Below, in pieces: positions 1 to 15,000 of a stretch of 64,000 nt of DNA. The stretch covers positions 9,672,001 through 9,736,000 of the forward strand of contig OZ024756.1 in assembly GCA_964016885.1 (NCBI GenBank). Reading direction: 5' to 3'. Under the pieces are notes generated by a model. The model did not search any database. It was given only the letters and a program-made list of their open reading frames with translations, and was not told where the DNA came from. The stretch's first letter is position 1; each line of letters starts with the position of its first letter. The stretch comes from Eledone cirrhosa. Lineage: Eukaryota. Both the position numbers and the translations under genes were made by a program.

Positions 1-3000
1 TCTTCTGTCTCTATCTCTCTACTGTCTCTATCTCTCTACTGTCCCTATTTCTCTACTGTCTCTATCTCTCTACTGTCTCTATCTCTCTATCGTTTCTATC
101 TCTCTACTGTCTCTATCTCTCTACTGTCTATCTCTCTACTGTCTCTATCTCTCTACTGTTTCTACCTCTCTACTATCTCGATCTCTCTACTGTCTCTATC
201 TCTCTACTGTCTCTATCTCTCTTCTGTCTCTATCTCTCTACTGTCTCTATCTCTCTACTGTCTCTATCTCTCTACTGTCTCTATCTCTCTTCTGTCTCTA
301 TCTCTCTACTGTCTCTATCTCTCTACTGTCCCTATTTCTCTACTGTCTCTATCTATCTACTGTCTCTATCTCTCTATCGTTTCTACCTCTCTACTGTCTC
401 TACCCCTCTACTGTCTCTATCTCTCTACTGTCTCTATCTCTCTACTGTCTATATCCCTCTACTGTCTCTACCTCTCTACTGTCTCTATCTCTCTACTGTC
501 TCTATCTCTCTACTGTCTCTATCTCTCTACTGTCTCTACCTCTCTACTGTCTATATCTCTCTACTGTCTCTATCTCTCTACTGTCTATATCTCTCTACTG
601 TCTCTACCCCTCTACTATCTCTATCTCTCTACTGTCTCTATCTCTCTACTGTCTCTATCTCTCTACTGTCTATATCTCTCTACTGTCTCTACCCCTCTAC
701 TGTCTCTATCTCTCTACTGTCTCTATCTCTCTACTGTCTCTATCTCACTACTGTCTCTATCTCTCTACTGTCTCCATCTCTCTACTGTCTCTACCTCTCT
801 ACTGTCTCTATCTCTCTACTGTCTCTATCTCTCTACTGTCCCTATCTCTCTACCGTCTCTATCTCTCTACTGTCTCTATCTCTCTATTGTTTCTGTCTCT
901 CTACTGTCTCTATCTCTCTACTGTCTATATCTCTCTACTGTCTCTACCCCTCTACTGTCTCTATCTCTCTACTGTCTCTATCTCTCTACTGTCTCTATCT
1001 CTCTACTGTCTCTATCTCTCTACTGTCTCTATCTCTCTACTGTCTATATCTCTCTACTGTCTCTACCCCTCTACTGTCTCTATCTCTCTACTGTCTCTAT
1101 CTCTCTACTGTCTCTATCTCTCTACTGACTCTATCTCTCTACTGCTCTACCTCTCTACTGTCTCTATCTCTCTACTGTCTCTATCTCTCTACTGTCTCTA
1201 TCTCTCTACTGTTTCTATCTCTCTACTGTCTCTACCTCTCTACTGTCTATATCTCTCTACTGTCTCTCTCTCTCTACTGTCCCTATCTCTCTATTGTCTC
1301 TATCTCTCTACTGTCTCTATCTCTCTACTGTCTCTATCTCTCTATTGTTTCTATCTCTCTACTCTCTCTATCTCTCTACTGTCTATCTCTCTACTGTCTC
1401 TATCTCTCTACTGTCTCTATCTCTCTACTGTCTCTACCTCTCTACTGTCCTTATCTCTCTACCATCTCTATCTCTCTACTGTCTCTATCTCTCTATTGTT
1501 TCTATCTCTCTACTGTCTCTATCTCTCTACTGTCTCCATCTCTCCACTGTCTCTATCTCTCTGCTGTCTCTACCTCTCTACTGTCTCTATCTCTCTACTG
1601 TCCCTATCTCTCCACTGTCTCTATCTCTCTACTGTCTATATCTCTCTACTGTCTCTATCTCTCCACTGTCTCTATCTCTCTGCTGTCTCTACCTCTCTAC
1701 TGTCTCTATCTCTCTACTGTCCCTATCTCTCCACTGTCTCTATCTCTCTACTGTCTATATCTCTCTACTGTCTCTATCTCTCTATTGTTTCTATCTCTCT
1801 ACTGTCTCTATCTCTCTACTGTCTCTATCTCTCTACTGTCTCTATCTCTCTGCTGTCTCTACCTCTCTACTGTCTCTATCTCTCTACTGTCTCTATCTCT
1901 CCACTGTCTCTATCTCTCTACTGTCTCTATCTCCCTACTGTCCCATTCTCTCTACTGTCTCTCTCTCTCTACTGTCTCTATCTCTCTACTGTCTCTATCT
2001 GTCTACTGCCTATATCTCTCTACATTCTCTACCTCTCTACTGTCCTTATCTCTCTACTATCTCTATCTCTCTACTGTCTATATCTCTCTACTGTCTCTAT
2101 CTCTCTACTGTCTCTATCTCTCTACTGTCTCTACCTCTCTACTGTCCTTATCTCTCTACCGTCTCTATCTCTCTACTGTCTCTATCTCTCTTTCTATCTC
2201 TCTACTGTCTATATCTCTCTACTGTCTCTATCTCTCTACTGTCTATATCTCTCTACTGTCTCTATCTCTCTAATGTCTCTACCTCTCTACTGTCTCTATC
2301 TCTCTACTGTCTCTATCTCTCTACTCTCTCTATCTCTCTACTGTCTCTATCTCTCTACTGTCTCTATCTCTCTGCTGTCTCTACCTCTCTACTGTCTCTA
2401 TCTCTCTACTGTCTCTATCTCTCCACTGTCTCTATCTCTCTACTGTCTATATCTCTCTACTGTCTCTATCTCTCTACTGTCTCTATCTCTCTACTGTCTC
2501 TATCTCTCTACTGTCTCTATCTCTCTACTGTCTCTACCTCTCTACTGTCCTTATCTCTCTACTGTCTCTATCTCTCTACTGTCTATATCTCTCTACTGTC
2601 TCTATCTCTCTACTGTCTCTATCTCTCCACTGTCTCTACCTCTCTACTGTCCTTATCTCTCTACCGTCTCTATCTCTCTACTGTCTCTATCTCTCTACTG
2701 TCTCTATCTCTCCACTGTCTCTACCTCTCTACTGTCCTTATCTCTCTACCGTCTCTATCTCTCTAGTGTCTCTATCTCTCTATTGTTTCTATCTCTCTAC
2801 TGTCTCTATCTCTCTACTGTCTCTATCTCTCTACTGTCTCTATCTCTCTGCTGTTTCTACCTCTCTACTGTCTCTATCTCTCTACTGTCTCTATCTCTCC
2901 ACTGTCTCTATCTCTCTACTGTCTCTATCTCCCTACTGTTCCATTCTCTCTACTGTCTCTCTCTCTCTACTGTCTCTATCTCTCTACTGTCTCTATCTGT

Positions 3001-6000
3001 CTACTGTCCATATCTCTCTACTGTCTCTACCTCTCTACTGTCCTTATCTCTCTACTGTCTCTATCTCTCTACTGTCTATATCTCTCTACTGTCTTTATCT
3101 CTCTACTGTCTCTATCTCTCTACTGTCTCTACCTCTCTACTGTCCTTATCTCTCTACCGTCTCTATCTCCCTACTGTCTCTATCTCTCTATTGTTTCTAT
3201 CTCTCTACTGTCTCTATCTCTCTACTCTCTCTATCTCTCTATTGTCTCTATCTCTCTACAGTCTATATCTCTCTACTGTCTCTATCTCTCTACTGTCTCT
3301 ATCTCTCTACTGTCTCTATCTCTCTACTGTCTCTCTTTCCCTACTGTCCCATTCTCTCTACTGTCTCTCTCTCTCTACTGTCTCTATCTCTCTACTGTCT
3401 CTATCTCTCTACTGTCTCTATCTCTCTACTGTCTCTAACTGTCTACTGTCTATATCTCTCTAATGTCTCTATCTCTCTACTATCTCTATCTCTCTACTGT
3501 CTCTATCTCTCTACTGTCTCTACCTCTCTACTGTGTCTATCTCTCTACTGTCTCAATCTCTCTACTGTCTCTATCTCTCTACTGTCTCTATCTCTCTACT
3601 GTCTCTATCTCTCTACTGTCTATATCTCTCTACTGTCTCTATCTCTCTGTCTCTCTACTGTCTATATCTCTCTACTGTCTCTACCCCTCTACTGTCTCTA
3701 TCTCTCTACTGTCTCTATCTCTCTACTGTCTCTATCTCTCTACTGTCTCTATCTCTCTACTGTCTCTATCTCTCTACTGTCTATATCTCTCTACTGTCTC
3801 TACCCCTCTACTGTCTCTATCTCTCTACTGTCTCTATCTCTCTACTGTCTCTATCTCTCTACTGACTCTATCTCTCTACTGTCTCTACCTCTCTACTGTC
3901 TCTATCTCTCTACTGTCTCTATCTCTCTACTGTCTCTATCTCTCTACTGTTTCTATCTCTCTACTGTCTCTACCTCTCTACTGTCTATATCTCTCAACTG
4001 TCTCTATCTCTCTACTGTCCCTATCTCTCTACTGTCTCTATCTCTCTACTGTCTCTATCTCTCTATTGTTTCTATCTCTCTACTCTCTCTATCTCTCTAC
4101 TGTCTATCTCTCTACTGTCTCTATCCCTCTACTGTCTCTACCTATCTACTATCTCGATCTCTCTACTGTCTCTATCTCTCTACCGTCTCTACCTCTCTAC
4201 TTTCTCTATCTCTCTACTGTCTATATCTCTCTACTGTCTCTATCTCTCTACTGTCTCTAGCTCTCTACTGTCTCTATCTCTCTACTGTCTCTATCTCTCT
4301 ACTGTTTCTATCTCTCTACTGTCTATATCTCTCTACTGTCTCTACCCCTCTACTGTCTATATCTCTCTACTGTCTCTATCTCTCTACTGTCTCTAGCTCT
4401 CTACTGTCTCTATCTCTCTACTGTCTCTATCTCTCTGCTGTTTCTATCTCTCTACTGTCTATATCTCTCTACTGTCTCTACCCCTCTACTGTCTATATCT
4501 CTCTACTGTCTCTATCTCTCTACTGTCTCTATCTCTCTACTGTCTGTATCTCTTTACTGTCTATAGCTCTCTACTGTCTCTATGTCTCTACTGTCTATAG
4601 CTCTCTACTGTCTCTATGTCTCTACTGTCTCTATCACTCTACTCTCTCTACTCTCTCTACTGTCTATCTCTCTACTGTCTCTATCCCTCTACTGTCTCTA
4701 TCCCTCTACTGTCTCTACCTGTCTACTATCTCGATCTCTCTACTGTCTCTATCTCTCTACTGTCTCTACCTCTCTACTGTCTCTACCTCTCTACTGTCTC
4801 TATCTCTCTACTGCCTCTATCTCTTTACTGTCTATATCTCTCTACTGTCTCTATCTCTCTACTGTCTCTATCTCTCTACTGTCTATATCTCTCTATCTCT
4901 CTACTGTCTATATCTCTCTACTGTCTCTACCCCTCTACTGTCTCTATCTCTCTACTGTCTCTATCTCTCTACTGTCTCTATCTCTCTACTGTCTCTATCT
5001 CTCTACTGTCTCTACCTCTCTACTGTCTATATCTCTCTACTGTTTCTATCTCTCTACTGTCTATATCTCTCTACTGTCTCTACCCCTCTACTGTCTCTAT
5101 CTCTCTACTGTCTCTATCTCCCTACTGTCTCTATCTCCCTACTGTCTCTATCTCTCTACTGTCTCTATCTCTCTACAGTCTATATCTCTCTACTGTCTCT
5201 ACCCCTCTACTGTCTATATCTCTCTACTGTCTCTACCCCTCTACTGTCTCTATCTCTCTACTGTCTCTATCTCTCTACTGTCTCTATCTCTCTACTGTCT
5301 CTATCTCTCTACTGTCTATATCTCTCTACTGTCTCTACCCCTCTACTGTCTCTATCTCCCTACTGTCTCTATCTCTCTACTGTCTCTATCTCTCTACTGT
5401 CTCTACCTCTCTACTGTCTCTATCTCTCACACTGTCTCTATCTCTCTACTGTCTCTATCTCTCTACTGTCTCTATCTCTCTACTGTCTCTATTTCTCTAC
5501 TGTCTCTATCTCTCTACTGTCTCTATCTCTCTACTGTCTCTATCTCTCTTCTGTCTCTATCTCTCTACTGTCTCTATCTCTCTACTGTCCCTATTTCTCT
5601 ACTGTCTCTATCTCTCTACTGTCTCTATCTCTCTATCGTTTCTATCTCTCTACTGTCTCTATCTCTCTACTGTCTATCTCTCTACTGTCTCTATCTCTCT
5701 ACTGTTTCTACCTCTCTACTATCTCGATCTCTCTACTGTCTCTATCTCTCTACTGTCTCTATCTCTCTTCTGTCTCTATCTCTCTACTGTCTCTATCTCT
5801 CTACTGTCTCTATCTCTCTACTGTCTCTATCTCTCTTCTGTCTCTATCTCTCTACTGTCTCTATCTCTCTACTGTCCCTATTTCTCTACTGTCTCTATCT
5901 ATCTACTGTCTCTATCTCTCTATCGTTTCTATCTCTCTACTGTCTCTACCCCTCTACTGTCTCTATCTCTCTACTGTCTCTATCTCTCTACTGTCTATAT

Positions 6001-9000
6001 CCCTCTACTGTCTCTACCTCTCTACTGTCTCTATCTCTCTACTGTCTCTATCTCTCTACTGTCTCTATCTCTCTACTGTCTCTACCTCTCTACTGTCTAT
6101 ATCTCTCTACTGTCTCTATCTCTCTACTGTCTATATCTCTCTACTGTCTCTACCCCTCTACTATCTCTATCTCTCTACTGTCTCTATCTCTCTACTGTCT
6201 CTATCTCTCTACTGTCTATATCTCTCTACTGTCTCTACCCCTCTACTGTCTCTATCTCTCTACTGTCTCTATCTCTCTACTGTCTCTATCTCACTACTGT
6301 CTCTATCTCTCTACTGTCTCCATCTCTCTACTGTCTCTACCTCTCTACTGTCTCTATCTCTCTACTGTCTCTATCTCTCTACTGTCCCTATCTCTCTACT
6401 GTCTCTATCTCTCTACCGTCTCTATCTCTCTACTGTCTCTATCTCTCTATTGTTTCTGTCTCTCTACTGTCTCTATCTCTCTACTGTCTATATCTCTCTA
6501 CTGTCTCTACCCCTTTACTGTCTCTATCTCTCTACTGTCTCTATCTCTCTACTGTCTCTATCTCTCTACTGTCTCTATCTCTCTACTGTCTCTATCTCTC
6601 TACTGTCTATATCTCTCTACTGTCTCTACCCCTCTACTGTCTCTATCTCTCTACTGTCTCTATCTCTCTACTGTCTCTATCTCTCTACTGACTCTATCTC
6701 TCTACTGCTCTACCTCTCTACTGTCTCTATCTCTCTACTGTCTCTATCTCTCTACTGTCTCTATCTCTCTACTGTTTCTATCTCTCTACTGTCTCTACCT
6801 CTCTACTGTCTATATCTCTCTACTGTCTCTCTCTCTCTACTGTCCCTATCTCTCTATTGTCTCTATCTCTCTACTGTCTCTATCTCTCTACTGTCTCTAT
6901 CTCTCTATTGTTTCTATCTCTCTACTCTCTCTATCTCTCTACTGTCTATCTCTCTACTGTCTCTATCTCTCTACTGTCTCTATCTCTCTACTGTCTCTAC
7001 CTCTCTACTGTCCTTATCTCTCTACCATCTCTATCTCTCTACTGTCTCTATCTCTCTATTGTTTCTATCTCTCTACTGTCTCTATCTCTCTACTGTCTCC
7101 ATCTCTCCACTGTCTCTATCTCTCTGCTGTCTCTACCTCTCTACTGTCTCTATCTCTCTACTGTCCCTATCTCTCCACTGTCTCTATCTCTCTACTGTCT
7201 ATATCTCTCTACTGTCTCTATCTCTCCACTGTCTCTATCTCTCTGCTGTCTCTACCTCTCTACTGTCTCTATCTCTCTACTGTCCCTATCTCTCCACTGT
7301 CTCTATCTCTCTACTGTCTATATCTCTCTACTGTCTCTATCTCTCTATTGTTTCTATCTCTCTACTGTCTCTATCTCTCTACTGTCTCTATCTCTCTACT
7401 GTCTCTATCTCTCTGCTGTCTCTACCTCTCTACTGTCTCTATCTCTCTACTGTCTCTATCTCTCCACTGTCTCTATCTCTCTACTGTCTCTATCTCCCTA
7501 CTGTCCCATTCTCTCTACTGTCTCTCTCTCTCTACTGTCTCTATCTCTCTACTGTCTCTATCTGTCTACTGTCCATATCTCTCTACTGTCTCTACCTCTC
7601 TACTGTCCTTATCTCTCTACTGTCTCTATCTCTCTACTGTCTATATCTCTCTACTGTCTTTATCTCTCTACTGTCTCTATCTCTCTACTGTCTCTACCTC
7701 TCTACTGTCCTTATCTCTCTACCGTCTCTATCTCCCTACTGTCTCTATCTCTCTATTGTTTCTATCTCTCTACTGTCTCTATCTCTCTACTCTCTCTATC
7801 TCTCTATTGTCTCTATCTCTCTACAGTCTATATCTCTCTACTGTCTCTATCTCTCTACTGTCTCTATCTCTCTACTGTCTCTATCTCTCTACTGTCTCTC
7901 TTTCCCTACTGTCCCATTCTCTCTACTGTCTCTCTCTCTCTACTGTCTCTATCTCTCTACTGTCTCTATCTCTCTACTGTCTCTATCTCTCTACTGTCTC
8001 TAACTGTCTACTGTCTATATCTCTCTAATGTCTCTATCTCTCTACTATCTCTATCTCTCTACTGTCTCTATCTCTCTACTGTCTCTACCTCTCTACTGTG
8101 TCTATCTCTCTACTGTCTCAATCTCTCTACTGTCTCTATCTCTCTACTGTCTCTATCTCTCTACTGTCTCTATCTCTCTACTGTCTATATCTCTCTACTG
8201 TCTCTATCTCTCTGTCTCTCTACTGTCTATATCTCTCTACTGTCTCTACCCCTCTACTGTCTCTATCTCTCTACTGTCTCTATCTCTCTACTGTCTCTAT
8301 CTCTCTACTGTCTCTATCTCTCTACTGTCTCTATCTCTCTACTGTCTATATCTCTCTACTGTCTCTACCCCTCTACTGTCTCTATCTCTCTACTGTCTCT
8401 ATCTCTCTACTGTCTCTATCTCTCTACTGACTCTATCTCTCTACTGTCTCTACCTCTCTACTGTCTCTATCTCTCTACTGTCTCTATCTCTCTACTGTCT
8501 CCATCTCTCTACTGTCTCTATCTCTCTACTGTCTCTATCTGTCTACTGTCTATATCTCTCTACATTCTCTACCTCTCTACTGTCCTTATCTCTCTACTAT
8601 CTCTATCTCTCTACTGTCTATATCTCTCTACTGTCTCTATCTCTCTACTGTCTCTATCTCTCTACTGTCTCTACCTCTCTACTGTCCTTATCTCTCTACC
8701 GTCTCTATCTCTCTACTGTCTCTATCTCTCTTTCTATCTCTCTACTGTCTCTATCTCTCTACTGTCTCTATCTCTCTACTGTCTCTATCTCTCTACTGTC
8801 TCTATCTCCCTACTGTCCCATTCTCTCTACTGTCTCTCTCTCCCTACTGTCTCTATGTCTCTACTGTCTCTATCTCTCTACTGTCTCTATCTGTCTACTG
8901 TCTCTAACTGTCTACTGTCTATATCTCTCTACTGTCTCTATCTCTCTACTGTCTCTATCTCTCTACTGTCTCTATCTCTCTACTGTCTCTACCTCTCTAC

Positions 9001-12000
9001 TGTCTCTATCTCTCTACTGTCTCTATCTCTCTACGGTCTCTATCTCTCTACTGTCTCTACCTCTCTACTGTCTCTATCTCTCTACTGTCTCTATCTCTCT
9101 ACTGTCTCTACCTCTCTACTGTCTCTATCTCTCTACTGTCTCTATCTCTCTACTGTCTCTATCTCTCTACTGTCTCTATCTCTCTACTGTCTCTATCTCT
9201 CACACTGTCTCTATCTCTCTACTGTCTCTATCTCTCTACTGTCTCTATCTCTCTACTGTCTCTATTTCTCTACTGTCTCTATCTCTCTACTGTCTCTATC
9301 TCTCTACTGTCTCTATCTCTCTTCTGTCTCTATCTCTCTACTGTCTCTATCTCTCTACTGTCCCTATTTCTCTACTGTCTCTATCTCTCTACTGTCTCTA
9401 TCTCTCTATCGTTTCTATCTCTCTACTGTCTCTATCTCTCTACTGTCTATCTCTCTACTGTCTCTATCTCTCTACTGTTTCTACCTCTCTACTATCTCGA
9501 TCTCTCTACTGTCTCTATCTCTCTACTGTCTCTATCTCTCTTCTGTCTCTATCTCTCTACTGTCTCTATCTCTCTACTGTCTCTATCTCTCTACTGTCTC
9601 TATCTCTCTTCTGTCTCTATCTCTCTACTGTCTCTATCTCTCTACTGTCCCTATTTCTCTACTGTCTCTATCTATCTACTGTCTCTATCTCTCTATCGTT
9701 TCTATCTCTCTACTGTCTCTACCCCTCTACTGTCTCTATCTCTCTACTGTCTCTATCTCTCTACTGTCTATATCCCTCTACTGTCTCTACCTCTCTACTG
9801 TCTCTATCTCTCTACTGTCTCTATCTCTCTACTGTCTCTATCTCTCTACTGTCTCTACCTGTCTACTGTCTATATCTCTCTACTGTCTCTATCTCTCTAC
9901 TGTCTATATCTCTCTACTGTCTCTACCCCTCTACTATCTCTATCTCTCTACTGTCTCTATCTCTCTACTGTCTCTATCTCTCTACTGTCTATATCTCTCT
10001 ACTGTCTCTACCCCTCTACTGTCTCTATCTCTCTACTGTCTCTATCTCCCTACTGTCTCTATCTCCCTACTGTCTCTATCTCTCTACTGTCTCTATCTCT
10101 CTACAGTCTATATCTCTCTACTGTCTCTACCCCTCTACTGTCTATATCTCTCTACTGTCTCTACCCCTCTACTGTCTCTATCTCTCTACTGTCTCTATCT
10201 CTCTACTGTCTCTATCTCTCTACTGTCTCTATCTCTCTACTGTCTATATCTCTCTACTGTCTCTACCCCTCTACTGTCTCTATCTCCCTACTGTCTCTAT
10301 CTCTCTACTGTCTCTATCTCTCTACTGTCTCTACCTCTCTACTGTCTCTATCTCTCACACTGTCTCTATCTCTCTACTGTCTCTATCTCTCTACTGTCTC
10401 TATCTCTCTACTGTCTCTATTTCTCTACTGTCTCTATCTCTCTACTGTCTCTATCTCTCTACTGTCTCTATCTCTCTTCTGTCTCTATCTCTCTACTGTC
10501 TCTATCTCTCTACTGTCCCTATTTCTCTACTGTCTCTATCTCTCTACTGTCTCTATCTCTCTATCGTTTCTATCTCTCTACTGTCTCTATCTCTCTACTG
10601 TCTATCTCTCTACTGTCTCTATCTCTCTACTGTTTCTACCTCTCTACTATCTCGATCTCTCTACTGTCTCTATCTCTCTACTGTCTCTATCTCTCTTCTG
10701 TCTCTATCTCTCTACTGTCTCTATCTCTCTACTGTCTCTATCTCTCTACTGTCTCTATCTCTCTTCTGTCTCTATCTCTCTACTGTCTCTATCTCTCTAC
10801 TGTCCCTATTTCTCTACTGTCTCTATCTATCTACTGTCTCTATCTCTCTATCGTTTCTATCTCTCTACTGTCTCTACCCCTCTACTGTCTCTATCTCTCT
10901 ACTGTCTCTATCTCTCTACTGTCTATATCCCTCTACTGTCTCTACCTCTCTACTGTCTCTATCTCTCTACTGTCTCTATCTCTCTACTGTCTCTATCTCT
11001 CTACTGTCTCTACCTCTCTACTGTCTATATCTCTCTACTGTCTCTATCTCTCTACTGTCTATATCTCTCTACTGTCTCTACCCCTCTACTATCTCTATCT
11101 CTCTACTGTCTCTATCTCTCTACTGTCTCTATCTCTCTACTGTCTATATCTCTCTACTGTCTCTACCCCTCTACTGTCTCTATCTCTCTACTGTCTCTAT
11201 CTCTCTACTGTCTCTATCTCACTACTGTCTCTATCTCTCTACTGTCTCCATCTCTCTACTGTCTCTACCTCTCTACTGTCTCTATCTCTCTACTGTCTCT
11301 ATCTCTCTACTGTCCCTATCTCTCTACTGTCTCTATCTCTCTACCGTCTCTATCTCTCTACTGTCTCTATCTCTCTATTGTTTCTGTCTCTCTACTGTCT
11401 CTATCTCTCTACTGTCTATATCTCTCTACTGTCTCTACCCCTCTACTGTCTCTATCTCTCTACTGTCTCTATCTCTCTACTGTCTCTATCTCTCTACTGT
11501 CTCTATCTCTCTACTGTCTCTATCTCTCTACTGTCTATATCTCTCTACTGTCTCTACCCCTCTACTGTCTCTATCTCTCTACTGTCTCTATCTCTCTACT
11601 GTCTCTATCTCTCTACTGACTCTATCTCTCTACTGCTCTACCTCTCTACTGTCTCTATCTCTCTACTGTCTCTATCTCTCTACTGTCTCTATCTCTCTAC
11701 TGTTTCTATCTCTCTACTGTCTCTACCTCTCTACTGTCTATATCTCTCTACTGTCTCTCTCTCTCTACTGTCCCTATCTCTCTATTGTCTCTATCTCTCT
11801 ACTGTCTCTATCTCTCTACTGTCTCTATCTCTCTATTGTTTCTATCTCTCTACTCTCTCTATCTCTCTACTGTCTATCTCTCTACTGTCTCTATCTCTCT
11901 ACTGTCTCTATCTCTCTACTGTCTCTACCTCTCTACTGTCCTTATCTCTCTACCATCTCTATCTCTCTACTGTCTCTATCTCTCTATTGTTTCTATCTCT

Positions 12001-15000
12001 CTACTGTCTCTATCTCTCTACTGTCTCCATCTCTCCACTGTCTCTATCTCTCTGCTGTCTCTACCTCTCTACTGTCTCTATCTCTCTACTGTCCCTATCT
12101 CTCCACTGTCTCTATCTCTCTACTGTCTATATCTCTCTACTGTCTCTATCTCTCCACTGTCTCTATCTCTCTGCTGTCTCTACCTCTCTACTGTCTCTAT
12201 CTCTCTACTGTCCCTATCTCTCCACTGTCTCTATCTCTCTACTGTCTATATCTCTCTACTGTCTCTATCTCTCTATTGTTTCTATCTCTCTACTGTCTCT
12301 ATCTCTCTACTGTCTCTATCTCTCTACTGTCTCTATCTCTCTGCTGTCTCTACCTCTCTACTGTCTCTATCTCTCTACTGTCTCTATCTCTCCACTGTCT
12401 CTATCTCTCTACTGTCTCTATCTCCCTACTGTCCCATTCTCTCTACTGTCTCTCTCTCTCTACTGTCTCTATCTCTCTACTGTCTCTATCTGTCTACTGT
12501 CTATATCTCTCTACATTCTCTACCTCTCTACTGTCCTTATCTCTCTACTATCTCTATCTCTCTACTGTCTATATCTCTCTACTGTCTCTATCTCTCTACT
12601 GTCTCTATCTCTCTACTGTCTCTACCTCTCTACTGTCCTTATCTCTCTACCGTCTCTATCTCTCTACTGTCTCTATCTCTCTTTCTATCTCTCTACTGTC
12701 TCTATCTCTCTACTGTCTCTATCTCTCTACTGTCTCTATCTCTCTACTGTCTCTATCTCCCTACTGTCCCATTCTCTCTACTGTCTCTCTCTCCCTACTG
12801 TCTCTATGTCTCTACTGTCTCTATCTCTCTACTGTCTCTATCTGTCTACTGTCTCTAACTGTCTACTGTCTATATCTCTCTACTGTCTCTATCTCTCTAC
12901 TGTCTCTATCTCTCTACTGTCTCTATCTCTCTACTGTCTCTACCTCTCTACTGTCTCTATCTCTCTACTGTCTCTATCTCTCTACTGTCTCTATCTCTCT
13001 ACTGTCTCTACCTCTCTACTGTCTCTATCTCTCTACTGTCTCTATCTCTCTACTGTCACTACCTCTCTACTGTCTCTATCTCTCTACTGTCTCTATCTCT
13101 CTACTGTCTCTATCTCTCTACTGTCTCTATCTCTCTACTGTCTCTATCTCTCACACTGTCTCTATCTCTCTACTGTCTCTATCTCTCTACTGTCTCTATC
13201 TCTCTACTGTCTCTATTTCTCTACTGTCTCTATCTCTCTACTGTCTCTATCTCTCTACTGTCTCTATCTCTCTTCTGTCTCTATCTCTCTACTGTCTCTA
13301 TCTCTCTACTGTCCCTATTTCTCTACTGTCTCTATCTCTCTACTGTCTCTATCTCTCTATCGTTTCTATCTCTCTACTGTCTCTATCTCTCTACTGTCTA
13401 TCTCTCTACTGTCTCTATCTCTCTACTGTTTCTACCTCTCTACTATCTCGATCTCTCTACTGTCTCTATCTCTCTACTGTCTCTATCTCTCTTCTGTCTC
13501 TATCTCTCTACTGTCTCTATCTCTCTACTGTCTCTATCTCTCTACTGTCTCTATCTCTCTTCTGTCTCTATCTCTCTACTGTCTCTATCTCTCTACTGTC
13601 CCTATTTCTCTACTGTCTCTATCTATCTACTGTCTCTATCTCTCTATCGTTTCTATCTCTCTACTGTCTCTACCCCTCTACTGTCTCTATCTCTCTACTG
13701 TCTCTATCTCTCTACTGTCTATATCCCTCTACTGTCTCTACCTCTCTACTGTCTCTATCTCTCTACTGTCTCTATCTCTCTACTGTCTCTATCTCTCTAC
13801 TGTCTCTACCTCTCTACTGTCTATATCTCTCTACTGTCTCTATCTCTCTACTGTCTATATCTCTCTACTGTCTCTACCCCTCTACTATCTCTATCTCTCT
13901 ACTGTCTCTATCTCTCTACTGTCTCTATCTCTCTACTGTCTATATCTCTCTACTGTCTCTACCCCTCTACTGTCTCTATCTCTCTACTGTCTCTATCTCT
14001 CTACTGTCTCTATCTCACTACTGTCTCTATCTCTCTACTGTCTCCATCTCTCTACTGTCTCTACCTCTCTACTGTCTCTATCTCTCTACTGTCTCTATCT
14101 CTCTACTGTCCCTATCTCTCTACTGTCTCTATCTCTCTACCGTCTCTATCTCTCTACTGTCTCTATCTCTCTATTGTTTCTATCTCTCTACTGTCTCTAT
14201 CTCTCTACTGTCTATATCTCTCTACTGTCTCTACCCCTCTACTGTCTCTATCTCTCTACTGTCTCTATCTCTCTACTGTCTCTATCTCTCTACTGTCTCT
14301 ATCTCTCTACTGTCTCTATCTCTCTACTGTCTATATCTCTCTACTGTCTCTACCCCTCTACTGTCTCTATCTCTCTACTGTCTCTATCTCTCTACTGTCT
14401 CTATCTCTCTACTGACTCTATCTCTCTACTGCTCTACCTCTCTACTGTCTCTATCTCTCTACTGTCTCTATCTCTCTACTGTCTCTATCTCTCTACTGTT
14501 TCTATCTCTCTACTGTCTCTACCTCTCTACTGTCTATATCTCTCTACTGTCTCTCTCTCTCTACTGTCCCTATCTCTCTATTGTCTCTATCTCTCTACTG
14601 TCTCTATCTCTCTACTGTCTCTATCTCTCTATTGTTTCTATCTCTCTACTCTCTCTATCTCTCTACTGTCTATCTCTCTACTGTCTCTATCTCTCTACTG
14701 TCTCTATCTCTCTACTGTCTCTACCTCTCTACTGTCCTTATCTCTCTACCATCTCTATCTCTCTACTGTCTCTATCTCTCTATTGTTTCTATCTCTCTAC
14801 TGTCTCTATCTCTCTACTGTCTCCATCTCTCCACTGTCTCTATCTCTCTGCTGTCTCTACCTCTCTACTGTCTCTATCTCTCTACTGTCCCTATCTCTCC
14901 ACTGTCTCTATCTCTCTACTGTCTATATCTCTCTACTGTCTCTATCTCTCCACTGTCTCTATCTCTCTGCTGTCTCTACCTCTCTACTGTCTCTATCTCT